Source: Seison nebaliae
Lineage: Eukaryota
Direction of reading: 5' to 3'
DNA: 51,034 nt
Assembly (NCBI GenBank): GCA_023231475.1
Contig: JALJEE010000027.1
Span: 62,001-113,034, forward strand
Shown: piece after piece, positions 12,525 to 25,023 of the stretch
How positions within the stretch are numbered: position 1 is the stretch's first letter
How the letters are laid out: each line of letters begins with the position of its first letter
Notes under the pieces: generated by a model
Database searches by the model: none
What the model saw: the letters and a program-made list of their open reading frames with translations, nothing else
Told to the model about the DNA's origin: nothing
Translations under genes and position numbers: made by a program

Positions 12525-12999
12525 TTATACTTTCAATTTTCCCGTTCTATCTCCGAATGTCTGATTAAGTAATTTACGACGATATTCATTCGGTTTCTCA
12601 TAAAGTAGTCGATGTTTCTGATGGAATGTGGTGAATTGTTTCCGTTGTACTTGAGGTAATGTCGCCGTTGTCATCATTTGTGTGTAAATGTCCATTCCCT
12701 TAATAAATCTAACGAAAAGAAAGAAGAGTAATTTAAATTTTAGAGTTTTTTAAACAAAAAAAAATAATTTTTCGAAACTTTTTAGGCGAATGCATTTCAT
12801 TCATCATTTGTAGATATCTCATATCTTGTAAATTGTCTGATCGTCTTGTGGATCGTCGTTTCGCGTCATTCATATGATCGATTTCCAATTGGAGATATTT
12901 GTGTGCAATAGAAATGCCGATATCATTATCATCATTATTAGCAGATAGTTTATCTTCTTCCGAATCATCAATCTCAATCTCGACACCGTTATTACCTTC

Positions 13000-13032
<33 letters not shown>

Positions 13033-13880
13033 GTCTATAGCTTTCTCGTTATATTCTCCGTTAATTTCATGTTTGGCTTCTAAATTTTCTCGAGCTATAC
13101 TCTTCCACTCTCTGGCAATTACTTCATAGGTTTTCAATAAATGATGTTTCTCTCCGTCCATGCTTCGCTTACTCGTATGTTGTTGGTGAAACATTCCGTC
13201 ATTCTTTTTCATTGATGTCATCAGTATAAGTGCTTGATTCTTTAGCAATTCACGAAATATTCTCCGTTTATCATTCTCTTTTACATTCAATTGATTGATA
13301 TCATTAAAATGATTTTGTGATGATGAATATAGTGGTGATGATTCGCTCGTTTTCTTCTTTTTATTCGATTTGGTTAATGGTGGAGCAGATAGAATGTTTC
13401 GTTCCTTATTCACCGTCTTCTTCTTCAGTATTTCATAAATATCATATTCTTTATGATTCTTATAATATTTCTGTTCGATATGAAGAAATTCATTTTTCTC
13501 CTTCCCACCAAATCGACAACGACCTTCTTTCCCCAATAATATCCGATAATAATATTCGTAACGTTTCGGCAAATACGATGAACAATGTTGCAATACTTTC
13601 TCCGTCTCATAATTCTGACGTTGGATAAATGAACGTCGTTCTTTGCCCAATCGACGGAAAGTTTCTTTCAGATCATGAATCGTATGTTGGTTGGACGGTA
13701 GTGCATTTATTGCACTTTTATTATTTCTGTAAAATCGTGTGACGTCCATGAACAAATCATCCTGTTACAACGCAATATGAACAAATAATGAAATAGTGAA
13801 AGTCTAAGTTAAGATTTAACTTCTTTCGCCGTTTGAGTTCGTCGACTCTCCTTAAACGACATATTTTCATTTGACATCAT
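12525..13880 (-). CDS. Hypothetical protein, 3 exons (13880-13821, 13761-12779, 12708-12525)
   Basis: The 340-aa ORF extends in frame through introns 13820-13762 (GTTAAA..CAG) and 12778-12709 (GTTTCG..TAG); no family recognised. Confidence 0.7.
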
Positions 13881-16800
13881 TCTCTAATTCGTACGAGTTG
13901 TCAAAAGAAATTTATGATATTTATGACAAAAAATGAAAATGGAAAAATATCATAATTGAAATATGAGTCGAATTATTCAGGAACGGATGCGATTCGATTG
14001 CCCTTTACTTTCTCAAGTATTCATTTGGAGCAATTTCAAAGAATACACAAATACAACCATTAATGGTCTTCTGTCTTTATTGAGAATTCGAATTTTTTCT
14101 CAGAGAAAATCTCATTCATTAATTCCTCATATTCGACGTTCCATTACATAAGAAGGGGTTGTTGTTTAGGACATTAGCATTTCTTCTATCGAACCCGGTA
14201 ATGATCCTTAAAAGAACATGTGATAGTTTAATAAAACATTTCCTTCAAATCTAACGAGTATTATGTGGATGGAACCAAGTATTACACATTAATATGTAAA
14301 TACTTTCACATCATCTTTCGAATGGTTTGTACCCAAATTCGATGTCATCAAATTTTACACATCCCAAATAGAAACAACTTACGACAGTTCGTTAGACATT
14401 TGCACCAGAAATATTAATTATCAAACTTTCTTTTACATCAACTCATTTTCGTAAGAACATTTCTGAAAAGAATCATCATACGCGAGAAATTACGTTTAAC
14501 ATTCCTATAAAAATTTTCATTGTTTATTTCAGTGTCCTCCTATGTCCTCTCGGATAACAATGGCGAATTGAAGAAGTGGAGATGTTAGGGAAATTCATTT
14601 GTCTCTCACAAGAGACATTGTCTATGAGACATGGAAACATCTAGTTGGGAGAGAAGTGGGAGAGAATGGATCTTGTTATTATTACAGAAGTAAGTAAAAG
14701 ATTGGAAGAAGGGGGAAAGAAAGTTTAATGGTGTACTCTAGAGAAATCTCCTTCAACAGAAGTAGCAGTAGTAGTAAATATGGTAATGCTCGAAAGTTCA
14801 TACGAATCTAACGACTTTTATGTGTTGCTAATACTCATGTTGTTAATCCTTCGGTCATATGATAGAAATCAATATTATCCCATTCTTACCTTCTTCCAGT
14901 CATTAATGTATATGATTGTTGATTATATAGGCATCGGATTTACCGAATACCGAAAATTATTGATTAGCAAATAACTTAACAAACAGAAAATTCTTCCTCT
15001 TACATGAATTTCGTATAAACACACAAACTCTATTGATCTTTTCATTATCTTACGGTTAATTCGTGAATATCAATTTCTTTTCCAATTTATGAAATCTTTA
15101 TGATTCAAATACCATCAAATTAATATTTACAAAAATTACTCAATAAATTTAAATTATCAGATTAACATATGGAAGTGCATCATCATTCATTCATTCATTT
15201 CCAATTCAATTCCCCCATTTTCAAGTAAATGTTAAGTATTGTTTTAAGTATCAGTCAAATTACAGTTCAAGTCGAAGTATAAACCATATCCGAATTGGTG
15301 AATATTTAAAGAAAGAAAGAAACAAAGAAATTATTTAAAATATTATTATTTAATTATTTATTTAAAAAAATATTCAAATCAAACAATTTTCCATTAATTA
15401 TAAGTTGTTTAACTAATATTTGATATGAGACATTCTTGTTGAAGTGGAGAGGATTTATTGATAATTCTGGTTAACTACATGATTTCAGGAGGCGACTACA
15501 ACCAGTCAAGGAGGATACATGTCCACTAAATGAAAATGTTGACGGAAACTGAATAAATAGAGAGCGCTCTTAATTTCTGTATGAAACGATCGACAAAATG
15601 AGATTCCCTTAAAATACTTGATTAGAATAATGGACAACTGGTTTGCGGATGAAGATGAGTGGTAGAGAAATCTGGTTAGTAAGTCATCTTCGATGTATTC
15701 CAATAACTAAAAATAAAATTATCTTCCAATTATTCCAAATCATCATACAAATAATAATTCTTTATTGTGTCATATTATCATTATCTGGATATTTCTCCTT
15801 CAGCTCTCATAAGTAACAATTGATGACCTATGTACAGTCATGAAGATTTAATCTCACTATTTATATTTTCTTCCACAACAATATAGTCGATGGAATCCAT
15901 TAGATTGACGACTAAAATATCGATCGGAAAGGAAAACCTAAAATATTTTTTCTTTTCACTCAAACAAAATTTTCCTGTCAACAAATTTTAGTTGAGCAAT
16001 TGTATGAAATATTACAATAATTTAAATATCTTTCAAAAAGTCTATTATTGATCAATCAGGAAGCAATTTGACATTTCCAACAGAATTTTATTGTGAGTTT
16101 TATAAAGAATATTTTTTGGATTCCGACTTTTCGGAGAGTCATTTTGGACAGACCATATTACAGATTGTCAGAGGTCAGACAGGCAATTATTTCAGTTGTT
16201 ATCTATCCACTCTCCTCCGATAATTTGTAAGAGAAATTCCAGTTTTTCAATTTAATAATTTTTGTATATAAAAAATTAATTTAAATTATACAAATCCTCA
16301 TGAATCTTCATGATTCTCATTGACGTTCATCATCATTTTTCAAACCAAACTTTTCCTACACTTTCTCACTTACTTGAAGATTATGTGAAATTTGATATGA
16401 GCAGAATAAGAAACGTGAAGGTCAAACTCGATTACTCTTAATATGCTAAAATTTTTCCTTATATTTACCCTTTAATACCATGATTAAATGGCGAAATTTC
16501 ATTCATAAAATTCCACAACATTTTCAAAAGTTGTTAAATCAATTCCTCTTCAACCTATTCGTTTATGAAACTTTTATATGACTTAACAATCACCGATGGA
16601 TTGTGTGTGTTGTGATGTAAATAAACATTTTCCTTTTTTTCCAACTTTTTGTTGTTCATGGTTGAATAATTCCACGTAGTTCATTTTTTGATAAGGTTCT
16701 GCTAAAACTGCTTTTCTGTTGGAGACAGTACACCGTGCTGACTACGGCATGTGATTAATTCGAAATTGATTTTTAACTAACAAAAGTTTCGAAAAGAAAA

Positions 16801-18229
16801 GGTAGAAGGAGAATTCGAACTATTTTTCCCAGTTTTTTTTCTCATTTCATTTTAATCTGCTAATAAAATATCGGAGGATGATATATATCCTTCTTCTTTT
16901 TGTACTTTGCACTTGCTTTTCGAAAGACGGTTTGTCGTGAACAGTATGAGTTCTAACATAGGAAATCTAATACCTGTGGAAACTCGACAAACGAGGAAAT
17001 AATTGTTGAATTGTTAAAATTTCTCAAACGACTCAAAAACACCGACTTGTCAGTCAGTCAGAGTGTTTGACTACATTCTTCTGAAAGTAAGGAGGAATGT
17101 CTCATATAATATAATAATTAACTAATTTTACATTTAATAAATTTTTAATACAAATAGTTTCCTTGTTAGTCTAATAGGAGAGTCTCTCCTGGAGAGATAA
17201 AAATGAACCGAATGGTCTATGTAGAGTTCTAATAATTCTTCCTTAGATATCTGTAAATGGGAAGTGATTCACATAATTCACAAAACCCTTAAAGTGACTA
17301 TCTTTCCACACAGAAATCGAGACAGACTTACATCAATTCACGTAAGTGTTTAAGTATAGAGTTAAATTTTGAAAAATTTAGTTGAAGGTCATTGACAACC
17401 ATCTCGGTCCATCTATACCTAATTAGAAGTCGAACAATTGTTTTAACGTTTTAACCTTTTAATATGTTTAATCTCCGAATATTACATTTCTAATCGTCGC
17501 CAACATTAATAAAAAAAACTTCATGTGATGAACATATCATCGTGATGATCTTCGAATTCGATGCGATTATGATTGTATGTCGATTATGGACTCTGTGTCT
17601 CAAAGTGTACACATTTGACTGACTGTTCTAGTGAGAGAGATTAAATTTCTAAATTGAACATTATGATTATGAGAAATGAAATCAAATTTAAAGAATCAAT
17701 AAAATATCAAATTATTTCTCATTCTCTTATTCTTATCTTTTTCCTTCTTTTGTTGTTGTTGTTGTAGAAAGAAAGAACTTTATAAATCACATTACACATT
17801 TCTAAAAAAATCAGACCCGAATATTCTTCTAAATGAATTTCAATATGCGAACTACTCCACATTTGTTCATTGCACAGAAATTGAACGAATGCAATATATC
17901 AAGATTCATATACGTATACTTTAATATGTATAAATGGTCTAGATTGATATGTATATCAGTAGGAAATATGTTTACATTCTATTTCGAATTAATTTGATGT
18001 TCCAAAATGGAAATTGTTCATAGTTTACATATGGCCATGTAGTATGTGTCCAAACATGTATGTAATCATAATTATTTCTTCATATACAATCAGAGGAGGT
18101 ATTATTCCTCCAAATGTCTATGATTATCATATCATCGTTGAAGTTATATAACATAAAAAATATATATTTCATTTTATAGATTTTATGATTAATTAGTTTC
18201 TGATAACCAATTGAGCAGAAAACCTCGTT

Positions 18230-19774
18230 ATGGGGAATAACTCTTCGTTTCAACATGACGAGGAAGCGATTAATGCGGTTTCTCTTCCCATTCTTCATTC
18301 CAACTTCTTCATTCCACCACTCACACGTTTAGTACTTGAAGAAGGCGGAGCAAGCATTCATGCAATATTTTAATTCGCCAGAACAAATATCACCAGAACC
18401 GCGATCTGATGGTGTTGCTCCAATTCGTTATAATGTTAAATGGCCCGTTCTTTCTGACTTCCAATTAATTAGTTCATTGGGAGTTGGATCATTTGGAACC
18501 GTATATCGTGCCGTTCATCATGGATCGAAGAGACATGTCGCTCTCAAAATTTTAGAAAAAGAAAAAATGATAAGAGTTAAACAACAGGTATAACATTTTT
18601 CATTTATATTCACTAATCGAACAATATTAATCGTAATAAAAAGAGAAATATGAAATGTATTGGAATTTTTTAAAATTTATTTTTCCTTATTCATTAGGAA
18701 CATGTTCTTCACGAAAAACGCATTTTGGCAGCAATCAGCAAAATTGATTCTTTTCCCTTCATCGGTCGCTTATTAGCGTGGTGGAAGGATACGGCAAATT
18801 TGTATATGGCTATGGAATTGATAAAAGGAGGAGAAATGTTTACACATCTACGTCATCATCGAACTTATACAGAGATTGAAGCAAAATTCTATTCAGCTCA
18901 AATTGTACTTATTTTTGAATTTCTTCATCATTTAAAAGTTTTTTTTTTCATTCTTTTTCTTTTAACTTCATTCAATTACCATTAGATTGTATATCGTGAT
19001 TTGAAACCAGAGAATATTTTATTCGATCATCGAACCGGTTATATAAAACTTGTCGATTTCGGTTTCGCCAAAATTGTTAAGGATTATACTTGGTATAAAT
19101 TAATTTTAATTTTAATTAATAATCCTTCTTATTATTATAAATCATAAAAATAGGACATTATGTGGTACGCCCGATTATTTAGCACCAGAAGTTATTCATA
19201 GTCGACGATATAATAAAGCGGTGGATTGGTGGGCATTAGGTGTGCTCATATATGAAATGTGTGCTGGAATACCACCATTTTATGCTGATACTACAATTGG
19301 TGTTTATGAAAAGATTATTAAAGGTGTCGAACGATTCCCTCCCTCATTCTCATCCGAATTACGCGATCTCCTTCAAGGTCTATTACAGGTCGATGTAACT
19401 AGGTTAATTTGATAGAAAATTAAAATTTTTTTAATTCTCTTTTTTCCATAGACGATTAGGCAACATGAAATATGGAACGAAAGATGTGAAAAATCGTTCT
19501 TGGTTTCGTTGTGTGAACTGGGTGAAATTATTCCAACAAAAAGTTCATTTTTTTTTTGAAAGTTATTTAATGAAATTATTTCGAAAAGATTGTAGCGCCT
19601 TATATACCTGAATATCATGGAATTTATCGTATGCAACCAAATAGTTCTCAACCGAAAATCGAACGGATAACATTCGAAGAACACGAGAAAGATCTATCGA
19701 TAGTAGACGATCATTCCATTAAAATTACTCATAGTAATTCCAATTTGTTTTCTGCTGATTTCGAAGCATTTTAA
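18230..19774 (+). CDS. cAMP-dependent protein kinase catalytic subunit-like (divergent PKA-C), 7 exons
   Basis: MGNNSS start, [36 protein letters not shown], terminal FEAF. Introns 18278-18332, 18588-18697, 18938-18985, 19093-19153, 19403-19451, 19543-19588. Confidence 0.9.
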
Positions 19775-20229
19775 CCCGAAATATTTTAAGTTGCAACTTC
19801 TCTTCTCCAGTTCCAACTAAAAAAACCTAAAATATTTTAACAATAAATTCTGTATATAATTCACAAAACTAAATTAAGTTTTTTGTTATTTAAAAATTTT
19901 TATTTTCTTTGCTCAATCAAAAAAAGAAATTTATTAAATTTTTAACAATTATCAATAAAAATTATAAATTATTCTTTATTAGGTAATTTTTTAAATGGGA
20001 TTGGTTTGAGGAGTCGTTGAGTGAGTGTGATTTGAGAAGAATAAAATCTGATAAATATTTTTCGATCGTTTCAAGCGTCTAAAGTTGATCCGAAGAAGAA
20101 AATTTGGGAAATTAATAGAAATAATTTTTTCATAAATCCATCAATGTGTTTTATTGGCTTATCATAGAAAAAAGTGTGGAACACACTTCATAAATTTATT
20201 TATTTTTTCCGAAAAAAAAAAAGAATACG

Positions 20230-21715
20230 ATGGCGAAAGGTGGTGCAAACCAACCGGGAAAGAAGCAACAAGAAAAACAGAAGACAAAAATTATTGAAGT
20301 TTTTCTTCATCAAAAAAACGATTAAAAATTAATTTTAAGAATTGAATGAAATTAGGATAAAACTTTCGGTCTGAAGAATAAGAAGGGAACAAAAACACAG
20401 AAATATATTCAACACGTTCAACATCAAGTACAAAATGCAGGTAAAACTGGTCGTGAAGTTTTCAATTGTATAATTTGTGTAAATTTTTCAAAATTTCTCA
20501 TTTATAAAAGATCCAAAAAGAGAAAGATGCGAAATTGAATAAAAATAAATTGACGGATGAAATCAAACCACTTTTCACTCCTGTTATTGATCAACCGAAA
20601 ACGGTGATTGATCCAAAATCCATTCTTTGTGTCTTCTTCAAACAAGGACTATGTACGAAAGGAGCTAAATGTAAATTCTCTCACAATATCGAAAAACCAA
20701 AGAAAGCGATCGAGAAGAAAGATTTGTATAAAGATGATCGTTTTGATGACGGTTTGATTCCATTTGATAATTCCATTCTATTATTCTATTAATAACGCTA
20801 ATAATAAAGATGAAGAAGATATGAAAGAATGGTCAGCTGATGATTTGGAGAAAGCGATCGAACAGAAACATGGCGCTCATAACAAGAGAATTAATCAAAC
20901 AAATATCGTTTAATTTAAAAATTTGAATTAAATTCAAATTTAATTAAAATTTTAGGTGTGTAAATATTTCTTGGAAGCTGTGGAAAATCGTACATATGGA
21001 TGGCGATGGGAATGTCCAAATACGAATGCCAAATGCATTTATCGTCATGCACTTCCACCTGGTTTCGTTCTGAAACGAGATCAGAAAGTAGTGAAGAAAG
21101 ATGAGATTTCTTTGGAAGAATTAATCGAGAAAGACGTTTTTCTTCTTTAAATTTTCCATTTAAATATATTTTTATTTTTAGCGTGCTGCATTAGGTGACG
21201 ACGTAACAAAAATTACATTGGAATCATTCTTAGCATGGAAAAAGAAGAAAGTTAAAATGTCTCGACAGAAAAAAAATGAAATTTTATGAAAAAAAATTTT
21301 TTTTTAGTTGAAAGAAAAGAAATTGAATTTGAAGAAAGAATTGGAAACTAAACAAAAAAATTTCAAACAAGGAAAAACTAAAGGAGTTAAAAATTATTTA
21401 ACTTATATCCATTTAATTTTCATAATTCATTCGAATTTTAACAGTTAACTGGTCGAGACATGTTCACTTTCGATCCCGAATTAGCCAAACATCAATTAGG
21501 TATTGATGATGATGCGGAATTGGTGACGATGGTGAAAGAAGAGACAATGGAAGAGCAAGAGTTAACTAATAATGCTCAAGATGTAACATCAGCATTCATC
21601 GGTTAGAGAATTAGTTTTTTAAATTCTTTTTTCTAATTATTCGATAGATGAAACACTTTTTTTCGATTCGGAAACGTTGGCCGATGTGGAGAAACATTTG
21701 GATTTGATCACGTAA
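20230..21715 (+). CDS. ZC3H15: Zinc finger CCCH domain protein 15 (DFRP1/Tma46), 9 exons
   Basis: [85 protein letters not shown]. Introns 20299-20355, 20458-20510, 20752-20809, 20908-20955, 21136-21181, 21251-21307, 21386-21444, 21602-21647. Confidence 0.93.
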
Positions 21716-22069
21716 ATTTGCGTGTTGAAATTGATATTTTATTTTATCAATATTTGACATTTAATGAAATGAAATAAATGAAAAGATAAATTCCGATGAA
21801 AAATTTTGTTGGACAAAAAAAAGTTTTGTTTGAAGAAAAGAATGAAGTTTCTTCTTGTTACGATTACATCTCCGATGATTATTTCGCTTAACGAATTACG
21901 ATTAAAACGAATAAGATATTTTATATGAAAAGAATGTGGGATGAATGTTTGAAAAAATCATTGAAAATTAGAAAGTTGAATAAAATTTTTGAGATTTTTC
22001 ATCAATTTTTTTTCCAATTTTTTTTTTCGAAATATTTACAATTGAATTTCAGTTTATTCTTGTCATCAT

Positions 22070-24432
22070 TCACAAATCCGTATCATGCCAATTGGATTTG
22101 TATTGTTCATTCATAATCTGACTATTTCCACTATCATAAGAACCGATTGACTGTTGTTGTTGTTGTTGTTGATATGGTGGCATCATTCCATTATTACTAT
22201 CGGATGATCGATGATCTTCATCTAAATAAGAAAAATAAATTTTTATGAAATAAATTTTTGTAAATAAAACAACTAACATCCATTATTTAACATTGCTACT
22301 GGTTGTGGTTGTTGTTGTTGTTGTGGTGGTGGTGGAGGAATTGGTTGTTGATTGTCTTGTTGTTGAGAAAGATCAGTTCCCACATGAGAATCAATACGAC
22401 GTAATGCACCAGCTGCATAAGTAGCGAGTATGGTATCAGGAACGCCGATCAGATCTCTTAATAATTGAGTGCCACCCATATCATTGATTTCATGAGCAGC
22501 ACGTTCTTCTTTCGAGAGAGTACAAAGAATACCCACAGCAGAACGTTGAGCGAATCTCATAGTTGGTGGCCATTGAACAATTTGAATCATAAATTGAACA
22601 CAATTCTTATCGAGTAAAGCCAATTTTTTATGTTTGTCCATACACAAATAAATGAGTGCACATAATGTCGCTTCTAATACTTGTTCATATCGAACCCCAT
22701 CAAATAAAGGAGCATCGGGATGATTTGGACCACCAAACTCCACAATCTTATTGAAAGAATGAAGTGCAATATCATATAACTTCTCCGTACCATCATAATC
22801 TCGTATGATGGTTCTAGTTGAGGCATCTTGTGACAAATTACGAACTAAACCGATTGTCGCTTTCATTAATGGGAGAGATGTATGATTTTCAATAATCGAC
22901 ATTAATGGTCGTATTCCATTTTCAGCACGAATGATATCGATGGCTGTGGCGAATGATGTGGTACGAAAAGTGAGATGTCTCAAACAACAAACGGTCGGCT
23001 CTAAAATCTCTTGACGTAAATTGGCGATTTGTAACAAGTGAACTAATCGTTCTACTCCACCTTGTTTTATAACAGTTTCTTTATTCATTCGATTATTACA
23101 AGTCAAATTTGAAAGTATTCCAGTAATACATGTTCTCATATTCAAATCATTTCGATCTAATTTCTCGATTAATTCTCCAATACATTCATCCATATTCGTC
23201 ACGACATTTGCCAAATCCGAAATATTTCTTAACGCCCATAACGAATGTTGGAGTAGTCTAGCATCGACATATTCCGGTCGAATGATTTTCGTCACACGAA
23301 ATGGAAATTGTCCATCAATTAAACATTGTTTCACTTCCTTTTGTACACTCAATGTTCGTACTAATTTCATTCCACAAATCACTAATTTCTCATAAGCACA
23401 ATCGAAAACTATATCGAGAATTGGCGTCAATAAATTCTTCTTAATAAAATACAATTTATATTGTGGCTCTTCAAAACAAAGAGCATTCAATGTATCGAAT
23501 AAAATAGCGAGAAATTTATAATTTTTCTCTTTCAATTTCCGTTCCAATAACGTACATAATCGTTCGACGGCGGAACATCGTTTCATTTCGTCTTTCGAAT
23601 TCGATAAATATATCAGAATATTATGAAGTGACGTCAATGCATAATTGACGATGTAATCGTCATTTACTGACAATAATGCGACGAGTGCTCGAATTCCGTT
23701 AAATTTGAAAATGAAACTTTTAAATTCTTCTTTTCCACACATATAATTGACACTTGGTAAACATAATTTTACCGTTTCCAAATCATTCGAAGCAACATTT
23801 TTCATTATCGCTTCTGCCATTTCACTATCACGAATGATAACTCGTCGACAAACATCTTTCTTACAAATATCGTTGACGATTCTCAATGCTTTCTTTCTCA
23901 CTACTTCGTCACTATCTTTCGATAATCGTACGAGATCTGGTAAGGCGTCAATCGCTCGATTAACTTCCTCATGATAATTCACCATATTATTCACCGCTTC
24001 ATTCAATTCCGATGCTGGTTTTGCCAATTTTTCCACATTCGATTTTCCTTGACCATTCTTCTCATTCGATTCATTCATATCTGATTCGTCTTTCACTTCC
24101 GCACCAAACATCGCCGCTTTCACTCTCGTCGCACTTTCTTCTTCATTTGCGATTCCGATACGATGATTTAGAGATGTTCCCGTTTTCTCTGATCGAAGTG
24201 ATGGATCGGCTGTATTATAGCCAGAATTAATTCCACTATCCAATATCCATTGATCGTGCATCCACATGACGGTATTACCTTTTCCGTTTACTCCTGGTGC
24301 CGTTCCGGTGCCAGTCTGTGGAGGTAATTCGTTCGTATTATTATTATTATTATTATTATTATTAGTTGGAATTGGCATCGGAGCTGTCATTGTACCGCCA
24401 TTGGAATAACTGTTATTATTCATCTCCCACAT
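22070..24432 (-). CDS. CTNNB1: Beta-catenin/armadillo, 2 coding exons (intron 22277-22222)
   Basis: Phosphodegron DSGINSGYNTADPS, armadillo repeats (WALRNISD, GILSNLTCNN, CLRHLT, ATYAA), C-terminal WHDTDL PDZ-binding motif. Confidence 0.95.
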
Positions 24433-24991
24433 GATTTTTGATGGTATTTTTATTTGATTAATTTCTCTTATTCTCTAATTTAATATATGGGAAATGAATA
24501 AGATCAATCGAATTCCCAGTGACAATTCGATAATTTTTTCTTCCGCAATTTTCCTTCAAATAGAAAACACAAGAAAATAATGGTCTGAGAGATGACTGAA
24601 TGAAACAAAAGTATATTAATTTCCCCTTAAATAAAAGAATACGAAAATTTCCTTATACTTTACTTCATGTACATTCATGTCTACCATACCATTTCCCTCA
24701 GGTACGTTAACATCTGTATAATGGTAAGCTAAAATTGAATATTTATTTCTAACAAATCAATATTAATGAAAAGATTTGTTTATTAGGACAATTTTCTTTT
24801 TTACAATTCAAGCTTATCATAAATTTTTCTACTAATATTCTCTCATTTATTTTCCTTTTTGTTTCAAATAAGAAGAATTCTAATTAATAATAAATATAAC
24901 AATTGTCATTCCTCTTCTATTCATTTCACACTATTTATTTAATAGATTATTATTATTTTTATTATGCCACATTATTATTATTATCACTTCC

Positions 24992-25023
24992 TTCTCTCTC
25001 TCTCTCTCCCTCTCTCTCTCTCT
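24992..25023. repeat. (TC)n microsatellite, interrupted
   Basis: Directly visible. Confidence 0.8.

Noticed and set aside
18336..21150. Fragmented kinase and CCCH ORFs as pseudogenes or evidence of an alternative genetic code
   Set aside because: All breaks are explained by short GT-AG introns, and TAA, TAG and TGA all terminate conserved proteins normally
22273..24432. Beta-catenin specialised for signalling only or adhesion only
   Set aside because: The degron, Y142/K312/K435/Y654-equivalent residues and the PDZ tail all appear retained despite divergence
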